Below are positions 25,348 to 26,254 of a stretch of 26,254 nucleotides of DNA, piece by piece. The first letter of the stretch is position 1. Every line of letters starts with the position of its first letter. Below the pieces are notes generated by a model. It was not told where the DNA came from. It made no database searches and saw only the letters and a list, made by a program, of their open reading frames with translations. This DNA comes from Nitrospirota bacterium (GTDB lineage Bacteria > Nitrospirota > 9FT-COMBO-42-15 > HDB-SIOI813). The DNA lies in NCBI GenBank assembly GCA_023248365.1, contig JAHFER010000011.1, positions 1 to 26,254 on the forward strand, given 5' to 3'. Made by a program: the position numbers and the translations under genes.

Positions 25348-25692
25348 ATGTGTGATCATGGAAAAGGTGAAAGTCTGGTATTCTTAATGGTAGGAGGGCT
25401 TATTGGCGCCGGGATTGCTTTATTGTATGCACCTAAAGCAGGAAAAGAGACAAGAGATGATATACGCAGAATTGCCTCAAAAGGGGCAGAGAAGTTTATG
25501 ACAGAAAAAGATGCCATACAAAAAAGACTCTCTGAGCTTATGCACGAGATAAGCAGCAGGACAGAAGAACTTGTCCGTGGGGGAGTGCAGCTTGCTGAAG
25601 ATAAAAAGCGTGAAATCCTTGCAGCCATTCAGGCGGCAAAGAAGGCATATGATGAAGAGACACGCAAGCTTGAGGCTGAGAGGGAATCTTAA
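25348..25692 (+). CDS. YtxH-domain protein
   Basis: FLMVGGLIGAGIALLYAPKAGKETRDDI signature. The ATG at 25348 is 8 bp after AAGGAGG; the ORF track uses GTG 25339. Confidence 0.85.
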   Translation: MCDHGKGESLVFLMVGGLIGAGIALLYAPKAGKETRDDIRRIASKGAEKFMTEKDAIQKRLSELMHEISSRTEELVRGGVQLAEDKKREILAAIQAAKKAYDEETRKLEAERES

Positions 25693-25723
25693 GGCTTCAC
25701 TAAATCAGACACTAAATTAAACA

Positions 25724-25751
25724 GGGGACAGGTTGAATTTCGCCTGTCTCC
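25724..25751. terminator. Hairpin between convergent genes
   Basis: GGGGACAGG-N10-CCTGTCTCC with one G-U pair and weak U-tracts. Confidence 0.45.
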
Positions 25752-25774
25752 CAATTGAATTGGTTAATAGAAAC

Positions 25775-26254
25775 CTATGGTAGATGGAGCAACATGGAGA
25801 CGACCTCCATCCTGGTATTTACGCAGAGTTTTGTCATTATACTCTTGAGATGGTCTTTAACTGTATATTCACATATATGAAGGCGTTGGGAAATTTCTTT
25901 ATTTGAAAGGCCTTCTAAAAGCAAGCCTACAATTTCCACTTCCCGATGAGTCAAACCATATACCCTTCGGACATAGTCAAAATCAATCATCTTTCTATTT
26001 TGGGAGATCTGTTCGATCAACACCAGAATGTGTTGACTATGGTTGCTGCTGCTAAGGAGAAAGGATCGAAAATAATAGTCTCCATTATCCGTAGAGATGT
26101 GAGGAAGCGAATCATCAGAACGTGGTGAAAGATTCCCTCCCTGGACTCCATTAAGTATTTCCCTTAACTTTTCATTGAATTCAGAAGGAATTATAGATGA
26201 GATAAAATCCCGCGCATTATTGTTAAAGTAAATGACCTCTCCTTCAAGGTTCAT
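25775..26254 (-). CDS. LuxR-family HTH transcriptional regulator, 5' end probably beyond the window
   Basis: LTHREVEIVGLLLEGLSNKEISQRLHICEYTVKDHLKSIMTKL. The ORF runs to the window edge. Confidence 0.85.
   Translation of the reverse strand: MNLEGEVIYFNNNARDFISSIIPSEFNEKLREILNGVQGGNLSPRSDDSLPHISTDNGDYYFRSFLLSSSNHSQHILVLIEQISQNRKMIDFDYVRRVYGLTHREVEIVGLLLEGLSNKEISQRLHICEYTVKDHLKSIMTKLCVNTRMEVVSMLLHLP

Overview
Window from the chromosome-partition / origin-type neighbourhood of an AT-rich diderm bacterium. The gene content suggests a Nitrospirota- or Desulfobacterota-like lineage, which is inference only. Left end: a predicted outer-membrane protein, a Sec-signal RTX-type Ca-binding repeat protein behind a consensus sigma54 promoter, a TPR lipoprotein and a PA2779-family protein. 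Centre: rpmH-rnpA-yidD-yidC on the minus strand, divergent from putA-mnmE-mnmG-parA-parB-mnmA on the plus strand; dnaA, jag and rsmG are not seen. There are three parS sites, two roughly 80% identical 227-bp leaders in front of mnmE and mnmG, and an unannotated 31-aa membrane peptide with its own terminator and an opposing promoter. Right end: a tightly packed minus-strand run of cheR, a hybrid histidine kinase with a heptad Glu-Glu helix resembling MCP methylation helices, tdh, kbl and a divergent 504-aa PGK-like protein. It is followed by DUF948/YtxH genes and a partial LuxR-type regulator. No rRNA, tRNA, CRISPR array or transposase was recognised. All alignments and counts were done by eye.
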